The notes beneath the pieces are model-generated. The model saw only the letters and a list, made by a program, of their open reading frames with translations, was not told the origin of the DNA and made no database searches. Positions 10,382 to 18,408 of a DNA stretch of 22,336 bases are shown here, one piece after another. The stretch lies in assembly GCA_038320275.1 (NCBI GenBank), contig JBBQEB010000054.1, forward strand, positions 1 through 22,336, read 5' to 3'. The DNA comes from Myxococcales bacterium. Its GTDB lineage: Bacteria; Myxococcota; Myxococcia; Myxococcales; Anaeromyxobacteraceae. Position numbers and translations under genes: made by a program. The first letter of the stretch is position 1. Each line of letters begins with the position of its first letter.

Positions 10382-10668
10382 CCGCCCCCCGTCGGCGGGG
10401 AGGGCGGCTCGAGCGCCTCGGCGGCGGCAATGGCGATCTGGGCCGCCTTGGCGCCGGCGCGCGCACCGAGGCGTACCGCGCCATAGGTGACGGTGAGGAC
10501 AGCGTCGTGCGCGAGCCGCACGGCCCGCGCCGGCACCGCCGTCGAGGGGATCGCCTCCAGCACGTCGAACGAGGTGTCGGCCACCCCCCGGTGCACCTTC
10601 TCCACCGCGGACGAACCGTGAACGACCGCGTCCCTCAACAGCTCCGCGAGACCTCGCCACCTGTTCAC
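10378..10668 (-). CDS. Small amphipathic helical protein (96 aa), partner of the upstream hydrolase
   Basis: GTG 10668 overlaps the hydrolase stop (GTGA) and follows a purine-rich RBS (GGAGGG). Sequence MNRWRGLAELLRDAVVHGSSAVEKVHRGVA...TYGAVR. Confidence 0.75.
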   Translation of the reverse strand: MNRWRGLAELLRDAVVHGSSAVEKVHRGVADTSFDVLEAIPSTAVPARAVRLAHDAVLTVTYGAVRLGARAGAKAAQIAIAAAEALEPPSPPTGGG

Positions 10669-11633
10669 GTGGATCCCTCCCCCTCTCCCAGCCAACCCCG
10701 GATGAGCTCGTACACGGCCGGATGATGAGCGAGGCCCACGTGATGCACGCCAGGGATGACCCGGACGTCGGACGGCGCCGGCGCGTGGCCGGTGCCCCGG
10801 GCGGACGCGCTCGCCACACGCACCATGGCGTCACCGAACAGCCGGGTGGCGAGATGGCGCTCCGAAGGGCCGAGCGAGCCCGCCACGAAGTGGTGCCGCA
10901 CGCCGGGGGGGAACGGCGTCTCGATCCGTTCGCCGCGGCGCAGGGCGTCCGGATCAACGCCGTCCCAGGCCTCCCGGTGCAGGCTCGCGTGCCGGAGGTC
11001 CTTCACGCCGCTGCTGCGCAGCGCGAACACGTCGGCGACCACCTTGGTCTGGGGGAGACCCACCTCGCGGAGGGCCCACGCGACCGCGTTGGCCGCCTTC
11101 TCCAGCGGGGCTCCCAGGTGTGGGGCGGCAAGGTAGACGACGTGGCGGACGAGCGCGAGCCACCCCAGGCCGCGCCGCCGGGCGACCTCGCAGGCGCTGC
11201 GGGCGACGAGCCCGCCCATGCTGTAACCGAGGAGCGCGAGCTCGCGAACGGGCACCGGGGATTCCTTCACCACAGCCTCGAGCAGGCTGGCCAGCGCCTC
11301 GCCGTTCTCCGAGATGTGCAGCCCCGTGTTGTAGCGAAGGTAGAGCGGCGTGAAGCCCAGGTCGTCGTGGAGGAGGGAGCCGTAGGAGCGGCCGCGATCG
11401 CGCCGGAAGGCCCAGATGGCCTCGTTGTTCCCGAGACCGTGGATGAGCACGCACACCTTGCCCGATGCCGACGCGTCGGTCGCCAGTGCTGCGCCGGGCT
11501 CCACGCGCACACCGCCGTGGTAGAGCCCCATGGCGATCTCGAGCCCGTTGCTCCGCGCGCGCAGGTAGTCGCCGACCGCGGCGTTGAGGACGCTGAGGGC
11601 GAGGTCGATCCTGGATGGAGAGGAAGGTGCCGT
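10665..11633 (-). CDS. Alpha/beta-hydrolase, PGAP1-like lipase/esterase; start uncertain (first ATG 11531, candidate non-canonical ACG 11633)
   Basis: VLIHGLG oxyanion motif, YLRYNTGLHISENG, nucleophile GYSMGGLVARS, LAAPHLGAPLEK, GDAMV..SA and HHVGL..HP.VY. Confidence 0.85.
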   Translation of the reverse strand, partial: TAPSSPSRIDLALSVLNAAVGDYLRARSNGLEIAMGLYHGGVRVEPGAALATDASASGKVCVLIHGLGNNEAIWAFRRDRGRSYGSLLHDDLGFTPLYLRYNTGLHISENGEALASLLEAVVKESPVPVRELALLGYSMGGLVARSACEVARRRGLGWLALVRHVVYLAAPHLGAPLEKAANAVAWALREVGLPQTKVVADVFALRSSGVKDLRHASLHREAWDGVDPDALRRGERIETPFPPGVRHHFVAGSLGPSERHLATRLFGDAMVRVASASARGTGHAPAPSDVRVIPGVHHVGLAHHPAVYELIRGWLGEGEGST

Positions 11634-11717
11634 GCCGGGGATATGCCGCGCGCGAGGGCGCTCCGCCGCTCCGATGGTGGGCTGCAGGTCGCCGAAGGGC
11701 GGGTTAAGCAGCGAGGG

Positions 11718-12764
11718 GTGAACGCACGCGTCGCCTGCCTCTCCACTCTCCTCGCGGCCCTCGCTTTCCCCGCCTGCGCCGCCCGCAACGGCCCCCCGCG
11801 CGATGCGTCCGCCGGCGCTGGCTTCGTGAGCCCACGCTTCCGGGACCACCCGCTCGTGGGCAAGGTCTGGGACGTGCGGGCGAAGCGCTTCGTGGACGAG
11901 CGCGCGGTCGCCGCGGTCGCCGCCGGTGCCGAGCTGGTCCTGCTGGGTGAGACGCACGACAACGCGGACCATCACGCGGTGCAGGCGAGGCTGGTGCGCG
12001 CCATGGTCGCAGCCGGCCGCAAGCCCGCCGTCGCCTTCGAGATGCTCGACACCGACCAGCAGTCCAAGGTGGATGCGGCGATCGCGGCCGACCCGCGCAG
12101 CCCGGACGCGGTCGCCCGCGCGATCCACTGGTCGGAAGGCGGATGGCCCGACTTCGCCATCTACCGGCCCCTCTTCTCGGTGGTGGCGGAGGCCGGGCTG
12201 CCGATCGTCGCGGCGAACCTCTCCCGGGCGCAGGCGCGCTCGGTGGTGCGCGGCGGAGCCTCCACGCTCGCTCCGGCCGTGCGCGCGGTTCTCGACCGGG
12301 CCGGCGCCCTGCCGGCGGACGCTCAGAAGGACATGCGCGAGGAGATGAAGAGCTCGCACTGCGGCGAGCTGCCGGACAGCCTCCTCGACCCGATGGTCAC
12401 CATGCAGCGCGTCCGCGACGCGCAGCTCGCGGAGCGGCTCCTGGCGGCCCCACCCTCGGCCGGCGCCGTGCTCATCGCCGGGACCGGCCACGTGCGCACC
12501 GACCGCGGGGTTCCCTCGTACCTCGCCCGCGAAGCGCCCCGCCGAACGGTGCTCGCGGTCGGCATGCTCGAAGTGGTTCCTGAGGCCACCTCGCCCGAGG
12601 CGTACGCGGCACAGTTCGGTGTGGAGACCCTTCCGCTCGACTTCGTGGTCTTCACCCCGGCCGCCGCCCGGGAGGATCCGTGCGAAGAGCTCCGCCAGCA
12701 CCACCGAGGCGGCGGGCAGGGGGGCGCGGAGCCGAAGCCGGTCCCGGGCGAGCGGGCGCTGTAA
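11718..12764 (+). CDS. ChaN/PhuW family lipoprotein (haem-uptake associated)
   Basis: GTG 11718 starts MNARVACLSTLLAALAFPA|C. Family motifs VLLGETHDNADHHAVQ, AFEML, YRPLF...LPIVAAN, QRVRDAQLA and LIAGTGHVR..RGVP. Confidence 0.85.
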   Translation: MNARVACLSTLLAALAFPACAARNGPPRDASAGAGFVSPRFRDHPLVGKVWDVRAKRFVDERAVAAVAAGAELVLLGETHDNADHHAVQARLVRAMVAAGRKPAVAFEMLDTDQQSKVDAAIAADPRSPDAVARAIHWSEGGWPDFAIYRPLFSVVAEAGLPIVAANLSRAQARSVVRGGASTLAPAVRAVLDRAGALPADAQKDMREEMKSSHCGELPDSLLDPMVTMQRVRDAQLAERLLAAPPSAGAVLIAGTGHVRTDRGVPSYLAREAPRRTVLAVGMLEVVPEATSPEAYAAQFGVETLPLDFVVFTPAAAREDPCEELRQHHRGGGQGGAEPKPVPGERAL

Positions 12765-12803
12765 AGGCGCGCGGGAGATCCAAGCTCGGGGTAAAGCTGC
12801 GCC

Positions 12804-13472
12804 GTGAACCACGACGCGCTCGTCGCCTTCATCCTCTCCCGGACCGCCCCAGCGGCGGTGCCGCTCGTGCCGGAGATCGTCCTGCAGCAGGCGACGGAGG
12901 TGACCCCGCTCTGGCGCGCGACCGCGGAGGAGCTGGCGCCATGGGACCCGGCGCCGTTCTGGGCGTTTCCGTGGGCCGGCGGGCAGGCGCTGGCGCGCTA
13001 CCTCCTCGACCGGCCGGGCGTCGCGCGCGGCCTGCGGGTGGTCGATTTCGCGAGCGGCAGCGGGCTCGTCGCCATCGCGGCTGCACGAGCGGGGGCGGCG
13101 AGCGTGGTCGCCTGGGACACCGATCCGGTCTGCGCCGCGGCGATCAAGCTCAATGCCGAGCGCAATGGCGCGCGCATCGAGATCCACATCGGCGACACGC
13201 TGGACGCGGAGGTGGACGCGGACCTGATACTGGCGGGGGACGTCTTCTACGAGCGCGAGCTCGCGGAGCGGAGCCTGCGCTGGTTCGCCCGCTGCGCCGC
13301 GCGAGGCTCGCGGGTGCTGGTGGGCGATCCGGGCCGGGTTTACTCACCCGATGACCTCCGCGTGCTCGCCGCGTTCGACGTGCCGACGACGCCCGACCTG
13401 GAGGGTGCGACGGTCCTCCGGACGCGGGTGCTGGAGGTCGCCGCGGCGCGAAAGGTCACCAGCACCGCTTGA
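12804..13472 (+). CDS. Class I SAM-dependent protein-lysine methyltransferase (METTL20/Methyltransf_16/PrmA-like)
   Basis: PFWAFPWAGGQALARY, VDFASGSGLVAIAA, LILAGDVFYE and VLVGDPGR motifs. Confidence 0.88.
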   Translation: MNHDALVAFILSRTAPAAVPLVPEIVLQQATEVTPLWRATAEELAPWDPAPFWAFPWAGGQALARYLLDRPGVARGLRVVDFASGSGLVAIAAARAGAASVVAWDTDPVCAAAIKLNAERNGARIEIHIGDTLDAEVDADLILAGDVFYERELAERSLRWFARCAARGSRVLVGDPGRVYSPDDLRVLAAFDVPTTPDLEGATVLRTRVLEVAAARKVTSTA

Positions 13473-13481
13473 CGGGAAGGA

Positions 13482-13508
13482 GGGGGCACCGGGTGATCCG
13501 GTGCCCCC
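13482..13508. terminator. Hairpin terminator between convergent genes
   Basis: 11-bp stem GGGGGCACCGG / CCGGTGCCCCC with a 5-nt loop, lying between the stops at 13472 (+) and 13522 (-). Confidence 0.75.
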
Positions 13509-13521
13509 CTTACAGGTGCCG

Positions 13522-14295
13522 CTACCGCGACCCGGCGCTGGTGCCGCTGGTGCCCGCGCCGCTCGCCCCGGTGCTCCCGCCCGTCGAGCTGCTACCCGTG
13601 CCCATCGAGCCGCTGCTGCCTGGGGTCCCCATCGAGCCGCTGCCCGTACCCATCGAGCCGCTGTTTCCCGGGGTGCCCATCATCGAGCCGCCGCTGCCCG
13701 TACCCATCGAGCCGCTGTTGCCCGGGGTACCCATCATCGAGCCGCCGCTGCCCGTACCCATCGAACCGCCGCTCCCCGGGGTACCCATCGAGTCGCTCCC
13801 CTTCGAGCCCGTACCCTTGTCCAGCGAGCTTCCGCTGCCGGTGGTGCCACCCGTGGTCCCGTTCAGGCTGCCGGTGGAGGAGTCGCTCGCGCTGCCGCTT
13901 CCCCCCAGGCTCCCGGAGGTGGAGCCCGACGAGCTGCCGCCGTCGCCGTAAGACGACCCAGACGATCCGGTGCCCGTGGAGCCGGTTCCCTGAGATCCGC
14001 CGGTGGACGAGGGGCTGCCGGGGGTGCCAAGGGCGGGGGTGCCGCTGGTAGAGCTGGACCCGCTGCTGCCGCCCATCGAGCCGCTGGTGCCCGGGGAGCC
14101 GCCCATCGAGCCGCTGGTGCTCGAGGGGCTGGAGCCGCCACCCATGGAGCCCGAGCTGCCCGCGGCGCTGCCGCCAGCGGACCCGCCGCTCGCGCCGCCC
14201 GCTCCGCCGCCACCGCCCTGGGCGAAGGCAGGCGACGCTCCGGCGAGGGCGAGCGCAGCCGCGAGGGTGAGGCCATTCCTGACATACTTGAACAT
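13522..14295 (-). CDS. Secreted Gly/Ser/Thr/Met-rich low-complexity protein (257 aa)
   Basis: AGGAG RBS before ATG 14295 and signal peptide MFKYVRNGLTLAAALALAGASPAFA|Q. The mature part is almost entirely G/S/T with GSMG repeats. Confidence 0.85.
   Translation of the reverse strand: MFKYVRNGLTLAAALALAGASPAFAQGGGGGAGGASGGSAGGSAAGSSGSMGGGSSPSSTSGSMGGSPGTSGSMGGSSGSSSTSGTPALGTPGSPSSTGGSQGTGSTGTGSSGSSYGDGGSSSGSTSGSLGGSGSASDSSTGSLNGTTGGTTGSGSSLDKGTGSKGSDSMGTPGSGGSMGTGSGGSMMGTPGNSGSMGTGSGGSMMGTPGNSGSMGTGSGSMGTPGSSGSMGTGSSSTGGSTGASGAGTSGTSAGSR
13590..13790 (-). repeat. 54-nt tandem coding repeat (GSMGTGSGGSMMGTPGNS)
   Basis: On the + strand, catcga(g/a)ccg units begin at 13651, 13705 and 13759, with shorter degenerate copies flanking them. 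Confidence 0.9.
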
Positions 14296-14382
14296 GTGGT
14301 TCTCCTGAAGGGGTTTGGGTTGGAGGCCCAAAGCTGTGCATGTCCCCGCCAGGAACAACCCCGCCGGGGGCCGGGAGGGCGG

Positions 14383-15123
14383 TCAGTCTCCGGGCGCCCG
14401 AGCGGGCGCCACGAGCTCCGGATACCCACGGCTCAGGCGCCGCAGGGCAGCAGTCCAGAGCCGCGCCTCGCGGCGCGAGAGGCGCGCTCGCAGGAGCGTG
14501 TCGACCAGATCCCGCACCGCATGCCGCTCCGGCCCGGCAAGGAAGGCCCCGGCCCGGAGGAGCTCGCGGAGCGCGCTCTCCACCTCGCGCAGCTCGCCGT
14601 CGCTCGCCGCGGAGGCCCGGGCGGGAAGCGGCGTCTCTTCCTCGCGCGCGGCCAGCGACAGCTCATACGCGAAGACGAGCACGGCCTGCGCGAGGTTGAG
14701 CGAAGGCTGCGCCCCGGAGGCCGGGATGCGCGCGAGGTCGTGACAGCGCAGCACCTCGGCGTTGGTGAGGCCGCTGCGCTCGTCGCCGAAGACGAGGGCG
14801 GTGCGCGACGGAGCCCGTTCGGCCACCTCCCGTGCCACCTCGCGAGGCGCGAGCCTCCGCCGCCCTGGCACCGCGCGCGAGCTCGTGCCCACCACCCACG
14901 CGCAGTCGGCCACGGCCTCGTCGAGCGTGGTCGCGAGCCGCGGGCGATCGAGCAGCTCCTCCGCGTGCACCGCCACCCTCCGGGCGGCCGCGAAGTCGTG
15001 CGTGCCGAGCTCCACGATGGCCCAATCCTCGAGCCCGAAGTTGCGCATGCCACGGGCCACCGCGCCCAGGTTCTCGGGATTGCGCGGCCGCAGGAGCACC
15101 ACCCGCACCGGCGGCGGGCTCAC
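14383..15123 (-). CDS. trmJ: SPOUT tRNA (C32/U32-2'-O)-methyltransferase, TrmJ/LasT family
   Basis: GTG 15123 overlaps the HAD stop. VRVVLLRPRNPENLGAVARGMRNFGL, VVGTS, ALVFGDERSGLTNAEV..C and PSLNLAQAVLVFAYE. Confidence 0.85.
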   Translation of the reverse strand: MSPPPVRVVLLRPRNPENLGAVARGMRNFGLEDWAIVELGTHDFAAARRVAVHAEELLDRPRLATTLDEAVADCAWVVGTSSRAVPGRRRLAPREVAREVAERAPSRTALVFGDERSGLTNAEVLRCHDLARIPASGAQPSLNLAQAVLVFAYELSLAAREEETPLPARASAASDGELREVESALRELLRAGAFLAGPERHAVRDLVDTLLRARLSRREARLWTAALRRLSRGYPELVAPARAPGD

Positions 15124-15797
15124 TTCTCCGCCGCGCCAGCTCGCGCGAGGCGCGCGACCAGCCCGGGAAGGTCCTCGACCCTGGCGAGCAGGTGAACCGG
15201 TCTCGCCTCGGCGACTGCCGCCGCGAAGTTCCCGCCGCCCCACAGGGCAGCCACCGAGACGACGCCGGCGGCGTTACCCGCCTCGATGTCCACCGGCGCG
15301 TCCCCCACGAACACCGCCGCGCCGGGCTCGCGCCCGAGCTGGCGCAGGGCGAGCAGCACCGGCTCGGGGTCCGGCTTGTGGCGCGCGCAGCTATCGGCGC
15401 CGACGATGGCGTCCACCAGCGCGCCGAGCCCCACCCGCTCGACCGCGCGCCGCGCTCCCGAGACGAGCTTTCCCGTCACGATCGCGATCCGGTGCCCCTC
15501 CGCGCGCAGCGCTCGCACCGCCTCCACGGCGCCGGGGAAGGCGCGCGTGTTCGCATCGTGGTGCTCGCCCTGGTGCGCGCGGTAGCGCGAGGCGAGCGCC
15601 TCGACGTCGGCGGGGCCCTCGGCGAACGCGGCGAGCTGGACGCGCAGAGGCTTGCCGATGCCGGCGCTCCACTCCGCCTCGCTGGGGCGGCGGGTGCGCC
15701 CGGCGAAGGCGTGCTTCACCGAGGCGAGGATGAACGGCACGGTATCGACGAGCGTGCCGTCGAGGTCGAGGAGCACGCCGAGGGAGCGGGGAGGCAC
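15120..15797 (-). CDS. HAD-IA hydrolase (PpaX/phosphoglycolate phosphatase-like); alternative start ATG 15833
   Basis: Motif I DLDGTLVDT, motif II IVTGK, motif III HKPDPEP and motif IV FVGDAPVDIEAGNAAGV. Confidence 0.9.
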   Translation of the reverse strand: MPPRSLGVLLDLDGTLVDTVPFILASVKHAFAGRTRRPSEAEWSAGIGKPLRVQLAAFAEGPADVEALASRYRAHQGEHHDANTRAFPGAVEAVRALRAEGHRIAIVTGKLVSGARRAVERVGLGALVDAIVGADSCARHKPDPEPVLLALRQLGREPGAAVFVGDAPVDIEAGNAAGVVSVAALWGGGNFAAAVAEARPVHLLARVEDLPGLVARLARAGAAEK

Positions 15798-15996
15798 GCG
15801 ACGGGGGTAAGGGGCGCCGGGGGCGGGCGCCATGCTGCAGCGCGCGGGGCGGGGTGGCGGGTGCACCGGCCCCCAGCTCGGCGCGACGAGCGGGTACCCG
15901 GGGACGCTGGGTTCCGGAGCGTCCACCCATGAGAGCGCGCCGATACCGCTCGCCGGAAAGCACCTGTGCCCCCAAGTTCGGGTGGAGGACAAAGCC

Positions 15997-16590
15997 ATGC
16001 TCCAGCGAACCGCACTCTTCCTCGCCTTCGCCGTGAGCTTCGCTCCAGGTTCCGCGCAGGCCGAGCCACCCGCCCGGGCGTCCGGTTCCACCGACGCCAC
16101 CCTCGAGGTGCTGCCTGCGCCGCCCGCCTCCGGAGAGCTGCGCGTCCCGGAGGGCTTCATCCGCCTGGAAGGGCCGCCGGAGGAAGGCACGAGCAGCTCG
16201 CCTGGATCGTTCGGTGTGTACCGGCCGTCGGTCCGCGCTCGCTCGGACGCCCGAGCGGCGCCCGACCCCTCGCGGCCCAACCCCGAGCCGGCGACGGCAG
16301 CGGCGCCCCCGTCCGAGCTCCCCGCCGCGGAGCCGCAGGCTGCCTCGCCCTCGCCCGACGGGTGCCGAGCGGAGCGGAGCGCCTATCTGAAGCGAGTGCT
16401 GCACATGCAGGGCATCGAGGTGTCCGACCCGGTGGCGTTCCTGCAGGGCCTGGCAGGCCCCGAGCGCGCGAGCGGCTCCTACCTGTTCAGCTCGTACGGG
16501 CTCCTGCCCGGCTTCGACCCCGTGCGCCCGCTGGCGTGGGACAGCGAGCTCCGCAGCCGCGCCCGCGAGCTCGCGGCCTGCGCGCGGTGA
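15997..16590 (+). CDS. Secreted hypothetical protein (Pro-rich linker plus small helical C-terminal domain with two Cys)
   Basis: GGAGG RBS before ATG 15997 and signal peptide MLQRTALFLAFAVSFAPGSAQA|E. Confidence 0.75.
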   Translation: MLQRTALFLAFAVSFAPGSAQAEPPARASGSTDATLEVLPAPPASGELRVPEGFIRLEGPPEEGTSSSPGSFGVYRPSVRARSDARAAPDPSRPNPEPATAAAPPSELPAAEPQAASPSPDGCRAERSAYLKRVLHMQGIEVSDPVAFLQGLAGPERASGSYLFSSYGLLPGFDPVRPLAWDSELRSRARELAACAR

Positions 16591-16653
16591 GGCCGTAGGG
16601 TAACATCCGCCCCCTCGTGCGGCTCGGGGCCGCCAGAAGGGGTTCACACACAC

Positions 16654-18408
16654 ATGCTCTCCGAGTCGCATGCCGACCTCGCGCGCTGGGGCGCGGCCTC
16701 GGTGCGGGAATCCTTCGCGGCCCACCAGGCCGCGTTCAAGCACATCACCCGGCGAGCGCGGTTGCGGTTCGAGCACCGCGACTGGCGCGGCACGCAGTCC
16801 GACGCGCTGGAGCGGCTCGAGCTCCGCGGCCTCGCCATCGGCCGGGCGGTGGGGGAGCTGCGCGGCGTGCTGGGCGACGCCTCCACCTCCGTGGGACTGC
16901 GCGAGGCGATGAAGGAGGAGTACGCCGCCGACCTCGCCGATCGGCCCGACGGGGAGCTGGCGAAGACGTTCTTCAACTCGGTCACCCGGCGGATCTTCGG
17001 GACGGTGGGCGTGAACCCGCGCGCCGAGTTCGTCTCGAGCGATGCCGACGCGCGCCCGGCGGTACCGGGCGCCGACGCCACCCTCTTTCGCACGTACGCG
17101 CGCACCGGGAGCACCGAGGAGCTCGTCGGCGCCATCCTGCGCGACTACGCCTGCTCCGCGCCGTACTGGGATGCGGCCGAGGACGCCCGGCTGGCAGCGG
17201 TGGAGATCGACGCGCACCTGAGCGCTGGGGACGATCCTCGGCCCGTCGAGGCGGTGGAGATGCTCGAGGCGGTCTTCTTCCGCGGCAAGGGGGCTTACCT
17301 CGTGGGCCGGCTTCGGCGGGGCACCTCCGTCTCGCCCTTCGTGCTCGCGCTCCTGCACGAGGAGCGCGGCGTCTACGTCGACGCGATGCTCCTCTCGGCG
17401 CACGACGCGAGCATCCTCTTCAGCTTCACCCGCTCCTACTTCCAGGTGCAGGTCGATCGCCCCAGCGAGGTCATCGCCTTCCTGCACACGATCCTGCCCG
17501 CCAAGCCTACGAGCGAGCTGTACCTCGCCATCGGTCACAACAAGCACGGAAAGACGGTGCTCTTCCGCGAGATCGTCGACCACCTGGGCAGCTCCGACGA
17601 CGGGTTCACGCTGGCGCGAGGCGACCGCGGGATGGTGATGATCGTCTTCACCCTCCCCTCGCTGGACGTGGTCTTCAAGGTCATTCGCGACCGCTTCGCC
17701 CCGCCGAAGAGCGTCACCCGCCAGGACGTCATCCAGAAGTACGCGCTCGTGTTCCGGCACGACCGGGCGGGCCGGCTGGTAGACGCGCAGGATTTCGAGC
17801 ACCTCGTCTTCGACCGCTCCCGCTTCACGGACGAGCTCCTGGCGGAGCTCCTGAGCGAGGCGGGCGAGACGGTGCGCGTCGATGGCGACCAGGTGGCCAT
17901 CCGCCACCTCTACGCCGAGCGGCGCGTGGAGCCGCTCAACCTGTTCATTCGCGAGCGCGATCCCGCGGCGGCCCGCGAGGCGCTGCTCGACTACGGCCAG
18001 TCCATCCGCGACCTCGCCGCGACCAACACCTTTCCAGGCGACCTGCTGCTCAAGAACTTCGGCGTCACGCGCACGGGTCGCGTCATCTTCTACGACTACG
18101 ACGAGCTCTGCCTCGTGACCGATTGCAACTTCCGCGACATGCCCCGCGCGCGCGACGACGAGGAGGAGACGAGCGGAGAGCCCTGGTTCTACGTGGGCGA
18201 GAACGACGTCTTTCCCGAGGAGTTCCTCCGCTTCCTGGGGCTGCCGGAGAGCCTCAAGGAAGCCTTCCTGGCAGCCCACGGGGAGATCCTCACCGCCCAG
18301 TTCTGGCGCCGCATGCAGGAGGCGCACAGGGCGGGCGAGATCGTGGACATCTTCCCCTATCGCGAGGCGCAGCGGCTCCGGCACGGCAAGCGGCAAGACT
18401 TTTCGTGA
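16654..18408 (+). CDS. aceK: Bifunctional isocitrate dehydrogenase kinase/phosphatase
   Basis: ELAKTFFNSV, FFRGKGAYLVGR, FSFTRSYF, GHNKHGKT, RGMVMIVFTLP..DVVFKVI, HDRAGRLVD and FPGDLLLKNFGVTRTGRVIFYDYDE. Full length at 584 aa. TAACAT box at 16601. Confidence 0.97.
   Translation: MLSESHADLARWGAASVRESFAAHQAAFKHITRRARLRFEHRDWRGTQSDALERLELRGLAIGRAVGELRGVLGDASTSVGLREAMKEEYAADLADRPDGELAKTFFNSVTRRIFGTVGVNPRAEFVSSDADARPAVPGADATLFRTYARTGSTEELVGAILRDYACSAPYWDAAEDARLAAVEIDAHLSAGDDPRPVEAVEMLEAVFFRGKGAYLVGRLRRGTSVSPFVLALLHEERGVYVDAMLLSAHDASILFSFTRSYFQVQVDRPSEVIAFLHTILPAKPTSELYLAIGHNKHGKTVLFREIVDHLGSSDDGFTLARGDRGMVMIVFTLPSLDVVFKVIRDRFAPPKSVTRQDVIQKYALVFRHDRAGRLVDAQDFEHLVFDRSRFTDELLAELLSEAGETVRVDGDQVAIRHLYAERRVEPLNLFIRERDPAAAREALLDYGQSIRDLAATNTFPGDLLLKNFGVTRTGRVIFYDYDELCLVTDCNFRDMPRARDDEEETSGEPWFYVGENDVFPEEFLRFLGLPESLKEAFLAAHGEILTAQFWRRMQEAHRAGEIVDIFPYREAQRLRHGKRQDFS

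Noticed and set aside
9632..11633. T6SS Tle lipase effector/immunity interpretation of the hydrolase operon
   Set aside because: There is no vgrG/PAAR/adaptor gene nearby, and the downstream genes lack lipoprotein or signal peptides.
10665..13187. 840-aa (-) and 680-aa (+, 10722..12764) ORFs as large fusion proteins
   Set aside because: Each is one real gene (hydrolase or ChaN) extended by the stop-free antisense of its neighbour, which is common at this GC content.
13469..14308. Pro-rich PIEPLLPGV ORFs on the + strand
   Set aside because: They are antisense shadows of the Gly/Ser gene, which has the RBS, signal peptide and terminator; the + frame is also broken by stops.
14337..14352. Sigma54-like site CTGGCGGGGACATGCA upstream of the Gly/Ser gene
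   Set aside because: The GG-to-GC spacing is 9 nt rather than the required 10.
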